DNA of 64,000 bases from Podarcis liolepis (taxonomy: Eukaryota), in assembly GCA_965112155.1 (NCBI GenBank), contig OZ218098.1. The stretch is one strand, 5' to 3'. Positions 39,495 through 50,900 of this stretch are shown here, piece after piece. The notes under the pieces are model-generated. The model ran no database searches, was not told the origin of the DNA, and saw nothing but the letters and a program-made list of their open reading frames with translations. A program made the position numbers and the translations under genes. Within the stretch, counting starts at the first letter, position 1. Each line of letters opens with the position of its first letter.

Positions 39495-40523
39495 GTAATC
39501 TTAGTAATTCCTTGGAATAGTCATGATTTTTAATCACTTGATGCTCTGCTTAAGGTAATTGGTTTGCTATGCAATGGCTTTGTGAAGATTTGTCAGTGAG
39601 GGAGAAATTGTATAAATAGCTGTTTCAGTGAATATCAACAGCACAATAAACTTTGTCTACAGGGATCAGTTTCTCCCATAGCCATAACCTTGAATCCAGC
39701 AGAAATCAGGCATGGCTCTGTCTCTCAGCTGCCCAGCTGGGTCCTTGCTTCTAGTTCACACTCCTCAACTCTGGTCTTTCTAACTAACAGTTATATGTGG
39801 GAGCCCCCCCCCCAACTGAACCATTTTACCTCTAGCTTGGAGCCATTTCCTTTGTTACCTTAGCAACCCATACTTAGCCAGCCATTACCAAGAAACTTGC
39901 CTGGCTATTCCAGCAATTGAATCTTTGTTGGATTCAGGAATTAGAAGGGACTCAGGCATACAACCTGCCCCCTGCTACATACCAAAAAAAATCACAATAG
40001 TATGACTTACAGAGAGAACATTTGAATGGAAAGGTAGGAAATACTCCAAACTCTTGTAAAATGGAGGAAATATATAAAATGGAGGGGAAGGGTATAAGTA
40101 CATTAATGTTTTAAATATGTTTTTCCTTAAAGATTGTTATGCTTTCTTAATTCAAACTACTAAAAATGCAAGGACTGAGAAATGACCCTTGGCAATTGGC
40201 GTCCGTTTTCCAAAACAGCAAGGCTATAATCTAGATAGCTTGGTTTGGTTATGTGAGAAATCCAAGCAGAATGGGCTATGGGCAGGCCACCCTCATTACA
40301 GAGCTATTTTAAGAAACATTGCTGTCACCATATAAGCCCAGGATAGTCAATTTCCAAGAGCAAACATGGTTATTATGTGCTAGCTTCATGGTAGAGGTGA
40401 CATCATTCTAAATTACAGATTGAGTTGTAACACAAATGTGATCGGCTGAGCAACTGACTTTTCACACACTAGCAGAGCAGTTTTCAAATCCATTGACGAA
40501 ATTTTCTGGTTCTTTCCCCGCAG

Positions 40524-40626
40524 AGAGGGAGGAGAAGATGCCGACAGCCAAGGAGATGGGAGCAGTCAGCCAGACACAATTTCAATTGCATCCAGAACTT
40601 CTCAAAATACAGTGGACAGTGACAAG
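40524..40626 (+). CDS. KALRN: KALRN exon, post-PH1 linker (EGGEDADSQGDGSSQPDTISIASRTSQNTVDSDK)
   Basis: ccccgcag|A ... AAG|gtagga; 103 nt. In mammals this is the last exon shared by Kalirin-7 and the longer isoforms. Confidence 0.95.
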
Positions 40627-40967
40627 GTAGGATTTGTTCTTGAAAATATAGCACTGCTGTAGAAGAGTCCGAAGTACTGTATTAAACTGTAGTCAGAGAT
40701 AAAAATTAAGTGTTCTATCTTTCTGGAACTGCTTAAACTGTCAGTTTACGTGCCATTGCTGCATAGAGTTCATATCAGGTCATGTCCAACTTTGTCCCTC
40801 AGCTGACAGAAGTCTCTTTGATCCTGTGGAGGTTTCCATGAGTGGAAAGGGACAGGAGATGATTTTTTCAAATTTCCCTTGTGCCGCTTTCCATTCTATT
40901 CAAAAACATCCTCTGGAGCAGATTTGAGGGGCACAGAAAATATTACCTCCTCCCTCAGGAGGTTGTA

Positions 40968-41126
40968 CAGTCTCCCTCAGGAGGTTGTGGATTCTCCTTC
41001 CTTGGAGGTTTTTAAGCAGAGGTTGGATGGCCATCTGTCAGGGATGCTTTAGCTGAGATTCCTGCATTGCAGGGGGTTGGAATAGATGACCTTTGGGTTC
41101 TTTCCAACTCAAAGATTCTATGATTC
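40968..41126 (+). mobile_element. CR1 LINE 3' fragment
   Basis: tctccttccttggaggtttttaagcagaggttggatggccatctgtca...ttccaactc..gattctatgattc. Confidence 0.85.
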
Positions 41127-42101
41127 AATGTTTCTGCCTTTCTACTCATAGAAGCTTCAATTGGATCAAACTGCCCTTCTCTCATTGAAGAGACACAATT
41201 GAATACAACTCATTCTTTGTGAGTGGGAGCATCCTGGAAAAGTAAAGCAGCCAGGTTGGATTCACTCCATAAACTGGATCCATGGTTATTTTTTCTTTTT
41301 TTCTTGGCACATTGGCATTGTGAATTGCACGTCATCCTTAAGTAGTTATCACCAAGAATTTATGTGATGCAAATGTAAAAGAGCTGAGTTGCACTCAAAT
41401 CTGTGGCACCATAACATGGAAAAGACTTTCCTTTCCAAGTAATGTCCATGTGTTACTCCTGCTCTGTAATAGCAGGTGGAGGAGGAAGGATGGGCAAGGA
41501 GGCAAGGGCTGATTAGCAGGGCAAACTAAGTAGGGCTGATTAGCAAAGCAAACTAAGTAGTCACTTGGGGAAGGAATGTTTTTAAGGTTGTAAGTAGATT
41601 AGTGTGTGATTTGTAGCCCAGAAACTCTTTCAGTATTCTGGTGGCCATCAGGATCTGGATTGAGGGAGGCTCTGCTTGCTTCCTCAAAATTTTAAGGCAC
41701 ACATTTCAGATTGTACAGCACAATTGCTTGGAGGCATAGACAGATGGGGAATGTGAGCTTGTTGGACCCTGGAAATTGGTGGTGTTAGAAGAGGCCCTGT
41801 CAGGAATTGATAAACCACATATGAAGAGGGCTGCCAGGTCCAGGAACTCAAATGCACTTCAGCAAGAACAGCACAAGACTTTAGTGTGGTGTCCAAGGTG
41901 CAAAACCTGGTAAGGAGTCATTTTGTGGGGTTGAATAGTCTCTATCTTTTCTCTCTTTGGCATAGTGGAATGCTTGAAGATGATTGGATTCTGTTTTCAT
42001 TGAATGCATTGTTCAGATCTGGATATTCAGTTGCCATATTAATTTGATTGGGAACAGAAATGCATCTGCTTGGTATTGTTTCCTGGTCTTTCAGCGGTGA
42101 C

Positions 42102-42151
<50 letters not shown>
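42102..42151. repeat. (GATA)n microsatellite
   Basis: Direct reading. Confidence 0.97.
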
Positions 42152-42152
<1 letters not shown>

Positions 42153-42171
42153 GTCCCAAGGCACACAATTC

Positions 42172-42330
42172 AGAATGCAGACTTCTGATTCAGTGTATCT
42201 GAAGAAGTTTGCATGCACACGAAAGCTTATACCCAGAACAAACTTAGTTGGTCTCTAAGTTGCTACTGGACAATTTTTTTATTTCATTTCGACTGCGTCA
42301 GACCAACCCGGCTACCTACCTGAATCTAGA
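42172..42330 (+). mobile_element. Penelope-like element terminal-repeat fragment carrying a hammerhead motif
   Basis: ctgaagaag...cacgaaagct...ttagttggtctctaag.tgctactgg...cagaccaac.cggctacc, a pattern recalled for reptile Penelope-like elements. Confidence 0.65.
42195..42232 (+). ncRNA. Minimal type I hammerhead ribozyme motif
   Basis: Stem I GTAT/ATAC, core CTGAAGA, stem II GTTTGC-AT-GCACAC (1 mismatch), GAAA, palindromic AGCT stem III, UH site. Confidence 0.6.
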
Positions 42331-42493
42331 ATCATGCAGAAGCAATTACTAAGCTGTAGTTTGATGATTGCTATTGAGTCTTGAAATAACACTGTTTGGT
42401 TCAGGTACAAAAGCAGAAAAGGTATAAAAAATTTCCTAAACTGCCTGAAAAGTATTGTCTGTGGTACATTTGGGACAATGTTATGGTACATGC

Positions 42494-42654
42494 CATAGAA
42501 TTATAGAAGTGTAGAGTTGGAAGGGTCATCTAGTCCAAAACCCTGCAATGCAGGAATCTGAACTAAACCATTGATGGCCATCCAACCTCTGCTTAGAAAC
42601 CTCCAATGAAGGAGCGTCCACAACCACCTGAGGGAGTCTGTTCCATGATCGAAC
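42494..42654 (-). mobile_element. CR1 LINE 3' fragment
   Basis: catagaattatagaa..gagttggaagggtcatctagtcc..ctgcaatgcaggaatc..gatggccatccaacctctgct; reverse complement of the 40968-41126 family. Confidence 0.8.
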
Positions 42655-43651
42655 ATATGTCCTTTCCAGAAGCAGGGTAAATATCATAAGCAGCATTGTT
42701 GGCAGAGCAAACCTGTGAAACAGGAGTAAATCTTAAATGAATAACTTTTATAGGAGTCCTAAGATATACAAATTATGTTTGCATTAAAGGCATATTCCGG
42801 TGTTATTGGTTTAATTTCCTTCCAATAAAGTGGCAGTCATATGATCCTTCACAGATGTCTAAAAGGTCAGTAGGGCTGGGCAAATGCACTGTTCCAAACA
42901 CATTGTTCAGAAGCAGCACAAAAGTTAGCTATGCTTCTTTTGTTTTGTTTTCTTAGGACCAATTTTGTATGTGGTTTGCTTAAGCGATTAGAGATCAACT
43001 CTAGTTTGTTATCATGGTTGTACACTTGCTTAACTTTCTTGGCAGTCTGAATCTCTGAATTTCATTTTTTTTTTGTAAAGAATGACATAATACAATTAAG
43101 CACATAATCAAAGCCCTTGAGAAACCACAATAATCTTGCTCACAATATTAGTGACCTTAAAGCAAGGAACCAAGTCTGTTGGCAATACATTTTGAAGTCT
43201 GCAATATTTTGTCTGAAGGATCTTTTTCTTTTTTGCATTTCAAAATTTGGAAACTGTGGCAAAATTTAGACTGTACACCTTATCCTGACTATTGCAAACC
43301 CTAGCAGCTGGCAGCAGATCTACTCACTTATTGACCACTCTGGCCACCAACATCCCCATCCTCAAAGAAGATTATGCATTTTCTGAGAATTTAAGGCAAA
43401 TTTCCCATGGCAACACATCTGCAGTGCCTCTCCAGCTGTTCCCATCCCTGCAAAACTGAAGCAAAGGCCAATCATTCAGTGATTTCCTATTATGTGCATA
43501 TGTCACACATTGCTTTCTCAGGGAGTGATGCAGGTTTTTTGAAACATCCAAAGGCTGCATGTTACATGTGGAAAAAATGATTTCTAACCGGTCACATTTA
43601 TACTAAAACATACTCAGCCAATTTATATACCACTCACTGAAAATATATATA

Positions 43652-43840
43652 CAGTGGTAACTCCAGTTGCGGACGGGATCTGTTCCAGAGGTCTGGCCGG
43701 ATCCTGAGATTTTTGCAACTGGAGAGACTGGTTCTGCGCACACGCATGTGGCAAAAACCCGGAAATATACTTCCGGGTTTGCTGCTTACGTATCCCGAAG
43801 TTTACGTCACCGGAGAGATATGTAAGCGAACGTACGACTG
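43652..43840. mobile_element. Tc1/mariner-type MITE (CAGTGG...GACTG), related to 56845-57088
   Basis: Inserted in a TA run; shared GGGATC.GTTCC.GAG 5' part; internal palindrome AAACCCGGAA-atatac-TTCCGGGTTT. Confidence 0.7.
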
Positions 43841-43842
43841 TG

Positions 43843-43873
<31 letters not shown>

Positions 43874-44051
43874 ATTCCTGTAGGCTGTGAACAATAAGAA
43901 AAAATTATCCAAGCTGTATTAATGCCATCAGAAATAGTGTCTGAACAGTTCGACACATTGGGTTGATATGGTGGCAGAATTTACCTGTCTCTTGCCTTCC
44001 ATTTGCCTGCTCTTCTACTGCCTGTGTTCATTTTGCTTGACTCAATATGCA

Positions 44052-44060
44052 GCTTGCTTG

Positions 44061-44098
<38 letters not shown>
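44052..44098. repeat. (GCTT)n(ACTT)n microsatellite
   Basis: Direct reading. Confidence 0.95.
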
Positions 44099-44099
<1 letters not shown>

Positions 44100-44813
44100 T
44101 GTGCCTTAGTTATGCAACTGCTAAAATTCATCAAGTCCCATCTACCACAGTCAGGAGCCAGGGACCCATGGGGCTCTCATCTGAAGTCCATGCTTATGTA
44201 ATATTTTCATATTGTAATGTATGGTATGGGGACTCCCTTCTGTTTGACTTGTATTTTGGTAACTTATTTCAAATTTTCTCCATGATGGGGAGGGGGCAGA
44301 ATATGATTGTCACTTTACCTTTTAGAGTTCTAGTCTGGCTTGTATTATTTTTGCGCATGTGTCTTCCTGCGATGACACTGGGGAGCTGTAGCGGGAGGGT
44401 GGGCAAGCAGCTCTGTGTTGCTTGATGTCCTGTTTGGCTTGCATCATTGTGGATCCTGATTGGCTGCTGGAACATGGAGGAGGAAGCGTTGGCAGCTCCA
44501 GTGGCATTTAACTATTTTTTAAAGTTAAATGTTTCTTTGGTGAGCATGAAGTCTCCCTTTGACAATACAACTCAGAATCCACATATGATATTATCTGCAG
44601 ATATGGATTATCTGCAGAGGAATAGACAATGCCCTTTTTACCTTCAAATGTGCTGCTATCAAATATGCTGCCAAGAGTCTTTATGCTGTATTGATGTAGC
44701 TCCCTCTCCTCAAATAGAAAACTCTTTTTATTCTAGCGGTCATAACTGTTTCAAGTGTAAGAATCAAACAACAACAGAACAAAACGCTATGTGGTTAGTG
44801 TTTTATATAAAGA

Positions 44814-44947
44814 CAGTGCTTTTTTTCAGGGGTTACTCAAGGATACACGGTACCGGTACACCTCTCTTTTTTTGTTAAAAAATGTGGCACTTACTGTAAC
44901 AGCTTCATGGTGAGTACTGGCACCTGTTTTTCTAGAAACAAGCACTG
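44814..44947. mobile_element. hAT-type MITE
   Basis: TIR CAGTGCTTTTTT / AAACAAGCACTG; imperfect 8-bp TSD TATAAAGA / TATACAGG. Confidence 0.7.
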
Positions 44948-47900
44948 TATACAGGAATCAAGTCTTATCTATCAGATAGTAAAGAGAATGCCACCGTAGA
45001 GCAGGTGTACATTCCTGCAACATGTATCCTCAAATCTCCCCCCGCCCCCCAACACACATATGGAAGTGGAGCCAATTCAGTAAGTGGGAATTATAAGAGC
45101 AGGTGCAGGTTGAGATTCTGAATGCACACCCTCCCCACCCCTCCCTAGCAACAGAGAAACAAAGACTGGACTAAAACGCAATTCTCTGGCAGAAACAGCA
45201 GTTTCCCACCAAAATCCAAGTAAGAGGTTAAAGCAATCAAGTTCTGAGAACTCTTCATTGACTTACCCAAATAAATGCTCACCACACAGGTACTAATGTG
45301 AGACATCCGGTTGTTATTAATTAGTAATTTCAAAAGGTTAGGGTGCATGACTCACAACGAAAAATAATGAAAAATAAACAGTGAAAATTCATGTTATTTA
45401 TTCATTTGTTTGTTGAAAATCTAATGCCCTGCACTTCCAATGCATTTGCATCACTCATGGTGGCAGATGGTTATCTACGCACAGCATTTTGTGGGTGGTG
45501 TCACTGACGTCTCTTCTGGAGACTTCAATGCCTGAATTTGTGTGCATATGTAATCAATGGTGACACATACGTTATTGCTTTCTTTCCTGGATTATTTCCA
45601 GTACTGCTGGGATTATTATTATTATTTTAAAGAGTTGTTCTGTCTTAGGTAGGACTCTGAAATAGGTAACTGCCTACATGGAATTGCTGTGGAAGAAATA
45701 AACAATTCATCATGGAAATGGAAAGGTAGACAAAGGGCAGGAAATAGAGAGAATGGTGTCTGTTTCTTCCCACAGAGCTATTTCCCCTGCTAAGGTAGGG
45801 CAGCAAGATCACCAGATTGGTTCTGCAGATTAACTCAGTTACAGCACAAGAGACCCAGCCAGGGTGGGAGGAATGCCATAATGAGAACCCACAGCAAAAT
45901 GTTGCTTGGATTAAAAAGCTTAGTGCCCTATACAACACCTCACTCCTGATGCTCCCTTCCCTTCCCCTACCTGTCACCCTGTTTCTAACTTCCTCTTCTG
46001 CAATCCCTACTGTGTCTTTCATTTTATACTTCTCTCCTTTGTGTTCCACTGTTTATGCTGCCATTTCCCCTCCCTCCACCTCTGCTCCTGTCCAGTCTCT
46101 CTCACTTGATCACTCTGTTCTCCTCTGCCCCCAGCCCCACCTTCACCATCTCTTGTTCTTGGTCCTTTTCATCCTACCTTCTCCTTACTCCTCTTTGCTG
46201 CCTCTGCTCTCACCCAACTCCTCTGTTGCCTTCTCTCACTCACTCTGTCATAAATTGTCTTTCACTACCTCCTACCTCCTGCTTTCTCCTTATTGCCCCC
46301 TCCTCGCTGTCATCCTTTGGATTTCTTCTTTTCTCCACTCAGTTTCTCCTTCTGCTTCTTGCTTCTGTTGTCCTCCTTCTGTCAAGAGCCTGTGTGATGG
46401 TTTTTGAAAGCCTGCCACGCAAACCCTGACCCATACAGATTATGAGACAGCCAAAGAGCATAGCAAGATTGACATATACTGCATGCTTGTGCAGTTGTAT
46501 TCAAAACCTTTTGTGTGTGGGGCGGGGAGAAGTGCTCCATCTATTTCTCAACCCCCCACCCCCAATTTTTTGTGTTTCTATATTCCTCAAGATTCACCAA
46601 GCATGCAGGTATCTTTCTCTTGCTCTTTTGTCAACCCATCTTGGCTACAAAGCTTGTTGAGGCTGACCTCCCATCTCTCACACTTTGTTCTACAGCATTA
46701 TTGTGGTGCCCGCTGCAGCATGGTGCCCAGTGCAGGTATCTGATGTGGTGGAGCGGCAATCACCCACCCCCAATGTGCTAGGGACTTGTACCATGTTCGG
46801 TCTCTGAAGCGTCACACCCAACCTGGGCTGTGGTGAAGTCACCAGGCATTGGCAGCCAATGGCTCCGTCTACAGACTGCCACTTCAAGTAGCACTGCCTT
46901 ACTGTTCATGTGCACAAAGCTGTTCAGAATTACTTGAGATATAAAATGAATGATTCTGCTTAGTAACTCATTGAGATTTTGGAGACTGTGGACTGTAGGA
47001 AATATTGTAATAGGGTTCCCACCCACCCCCCTTGCCTAAGGGACAAAAGTTGAGATTACAAATACTTAAAACTTTATTGAGGGGGAATTTTCAGTGACAG
47101 TAACATCCCATTTTATGTGTAGAACAATATAACTGATCATTTAGAAGTTATTTAGCAATATGGGGGTAAATCTGTTTGAGTAGTTTGGAATCTTCCCCCG
47201 CCCCCAAGATATAACTATGATCCGGTTCAGCATCACTTGTTGAAATGAATCAAGTATTCCTCAGTTTCGTGAAGCATCCTGATATTTTGGTTTTGACTGA
47301 TTAGTGGGTATCTGTAAGCCACAGGTTGGCAACTCAATTCCAAATCACCAGAGTTCTTTCCTTTCTTCCTGTTTGTCTCCTCCTTGCTTTTATCTCTCTT
47401 TGTGTAGTTTTAGAGCAACTGAAAGTGATAGTATTTTCTTTGATAAAAATAACTTGATTTTTTAAAAAATTTAAAGCTCCTGGTTGTTTGGCTTAGAGTA
47501 AATAAGCCTTCCCCTAGTCATGCAGTTGGTAGGCTACTGTCCTGTGTGTTTGTAGCATACTAAAGTCAGAACAGAAATACTTCCTCTTGCTTTCCAGAAA
47601 AAAAGGTGCATTGCACTTTAAGTGTCCTCTGTACACCTATTTGAAAGTCACCCTATCAAACTAAATGAGGCTTACTTTTCGGTAAACCTGGATGAGATTG
47701 TGAAGTCTAACATGAGATGCACATTGTGAAAATTGAAGTAGGGTGGTCTCTTTCCATTTAGTTCATGAGAACACATAGAGTAATGATCCATAAGAAAATG
47801 GCTTAGATATACTTCAGAGCCTTAAACTATTAAGTTTTAGCAGCAGGAAGTTATTGGCTTATAGTTGGGAAGGCGGTGAGCAAGAAAGAACTCTGCCATT

Positions 47901-50900
47901 GCTATAGATTGTTCATCATTTATAAAAGCAAACCGTCCAAAGCATGTGCTTGCAGTGTAAATTTTGATTACCCCATCTGCTTCTGAGCAGAGTTTAACCA
48001 GCAATTCCCATAATGCAACAATTATGACTCCCCCCTCCCTTTCTGGGTCACCCACGTAAAGCTGTCCATGTGATTCCCCACCCCCATCCCTGGCAGGCTC
48101 TTGAATTGACTGTGATGCATAAAGGGGTCGATCGACAAAGCGGTTGCCTGGGTGGAAAGACACATACACAAATGAATCAAGAGCACAAAGATTTCATGTT
48201 TGCTTCCCACACTCAAGACTTTGAGAAATATTCATTTTTCTGTCACCACCTTTGGGGTTCTGCACTGAAGGGGACAGGTAGGCGTTTTCAAATAGCAATA
48301 ATTTGTGCTTCTATGGCCTTTTGTATCTGCACCCAGGGAGCACTGCATATGTGAATCACAAGCAGGCTTTTCTTTTTCCTCCCCTCCCCCTTTCTATCCT
48401 TTAAAATATCTGAGCTATGCCCGATAGTTGTGGAGGTGGGGAGGGAATAAGGAAGCATGCTGAGTCCTCTTCTTCTGCTATTACTATCTTTCATCCAGTA
48501 CAATGTCATCATAAGGTCAAGAGTGACAGCAAGAGGCTACCCTGCAGTAGGCTGCATGCTGACAGTGCCATGCAGAATCAATAGAGTAAGGGAGAGGCCA
48601 GGTGATGGAGGTTCACTCAGCAGAAGCAGGGCTAGGGGCTAAAGGTGCTATGGCAGTGAAGAACAGATGGACGAGATATGGGGAAGCTGAATTGGATATT
48701 TAAATGTTACTTACCTTCTGTTCCACCTTCCAGCCTCAGCAATGCTCATATACTCTGTCCAACCATTGATCAGTTTTTAGAGTCTGTATCTGACACTGGG
48801 AATTCAAGATATGATTAGCAACTAGTCTACTAGGAGTGGAATTGCACTGCTGGCCCCATCTCATTCATTGGGCACGTTATTGGCCCTATAATGACCAAAA
48901 AACTATGTTTTTATATTGCAAACTGCCCTGTGATCTTTGGATGATGAGCAGTAGAATGAATGAATGAATGAATGAATGTTGTGGATGCCTGAAATGAAGA
49001 AGCCTATGGCTGAGCAGCTGCTTGCATTCAGACTTCGACAAAATTTGTAAGACTTTTTAGGAAGGCTTGGTACAAAGAGTTAGTTATAATGTAAGAGATT
49101 GCATGGATTTACCGGCCCCCGTGCCCCCAACACCTCTGAATTGATTTTCAAGAAAGGATTCATTCTGTTTGCTCCTTAATGTTGTGACACGGTCTTCTTG
49201 TTACCATTGTCATGGCACCCTCTTCTGCCAGACACTTGTGTTGGGTTGCAAATAATCCATTATCACCTGTCCCTGGCCACTAAATTAGACCAGGCTTTGA
49301 ACATAGCTCCCATTGTGAAGTTATATTTAATGTACAAACCTACATGAACTTTGGAAGGGTTTTTGTAGAGCATGAAAATAGCCTAGTCATATTGGCTGAC
49401 AATCTTGGAATGTATGTGTGCCTTTTACAGGAGAATGCATCTTGGAACAATTTCAGAAATTGTGGGATACAGTACACCATATTCACACTTGGTTTAGTTT
49501 TTGCGCGCATTTGATATTTTGTGTTAATTTATAGGCAAGATTAATGTGTGGTGTGTATGTAAATGGTAAAGGAATCCTATCTTTTCAAGATGCAGGAGCT
49601 GCTGAAAGATCTTCAGGTTACTTATAACCCTGTGATTATCCATGGCTTTAATCAAATTAATAAGACATTTATGTTTGACTAGTACAAATCATATGGTGTG
49701 CATTATTAGTGCTCTTCCACATTATCCAAAAGAGATGTTTGAAAGGTTGCCAGAGGACATCCTTCCCAAACTTCTCAACACACCCACAATTTATTATAAC
49801 CAGGTCAGTTTTAAAAGCAAAAACAACTTTCATACTTAATGTTAAATTAGGGGATAAACAGTGTGTTTTAAGAATATCTAACCCTTAATATAGAGACAGC
49901 GAAATCTGAATTTCTGTTTTGAATTTGGGACTGTAGTTTGACAAAGCACCCTTAGAAACACTGTTTTATATAAGAGCATCACACTGTAATCACTGAAAGA
50001 TGCAACTCTTATAGGCATCTGGTTCATTCTGAGCAAAGTTCTCTTATTTATGATTTGCTGCTTCTCAACCACACAATTGATATACACCTTCATTCTTGTA
50101 ACCTTAAGCTACAGTTTAGCATTGCATTTAAACACAACCATAGAAGAGACTGAAGACAGCCAAACAGCTTTTTAAAAAGCATAATATTGAAATAGAGGAG
50201 TTGAATGTCCTTAGCCAGCTAATCAGATTGTCAGCCCATCACTGCCTTGTAGTTTAGGCAGTGTGAAAAAATCATTTTACAATCAATACCTTCATAAGAT
50301 GTCTTTGTAGTGCAAACACCATAGCTTTGAGCTAAACCTCATGCTAGTGAACTATTTGCTATTCGAGCTAATTGCTTATGCAATGTCTGTAAATCACAAG
50401 ATGCTTCTGATGTACATGTGATCTCGCTGTAGGCAGAATGGCTGAATCTTCCAAAGCATAAGGGAAGCCCAGTTACTGACATAAAAGTTGGCAGCCCATG
50501 CAAGTTGCAGAGGTGGTACAAAGTCTCTGTTCAGAATGACTGTGTGGTGCTAAATTGCAGGAAATAAACCATGTTGCAAACCTATAAAGCTTCACTGGAA
50601 AGTCAGACAGGCAAGGGGAGGGGGAAAGAGAGGGAGAGACAGACAGAAACATTTTCAGTTTTGCCTTCAACCGCAAAGAGGCTGCAGCCAGCAAAGGAGC
50701 AGAATGTTAAAGTGGATGAGTTCGAGGCAACCAAAACAGATCAAGAAGAGAGTGAGTATGACCTGAACCCCTCCCTTTCCTCTTACATCACATTAGGTCA
50801 AGGAGATAATAATAGTATAATCATGATCAGCTAGTAAAATGAACTATTCAAACCCAAGTCTGTAAAGGCACAAACAGTGTTCCAATTCAATTTCTAATTA

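Noticed and set aside
45817-46429. 196-aa and 124-aa ORFs
   Set aside because: Low-complexity pyrimidine tract lacking stop codons by composition.
47080-47122. ...IPFYV* as a diverged Kalirin-7 C-terminus
   Set aside because: No upstream similarity to DGNLVPRWHLGPGD and no suitable acceptor.
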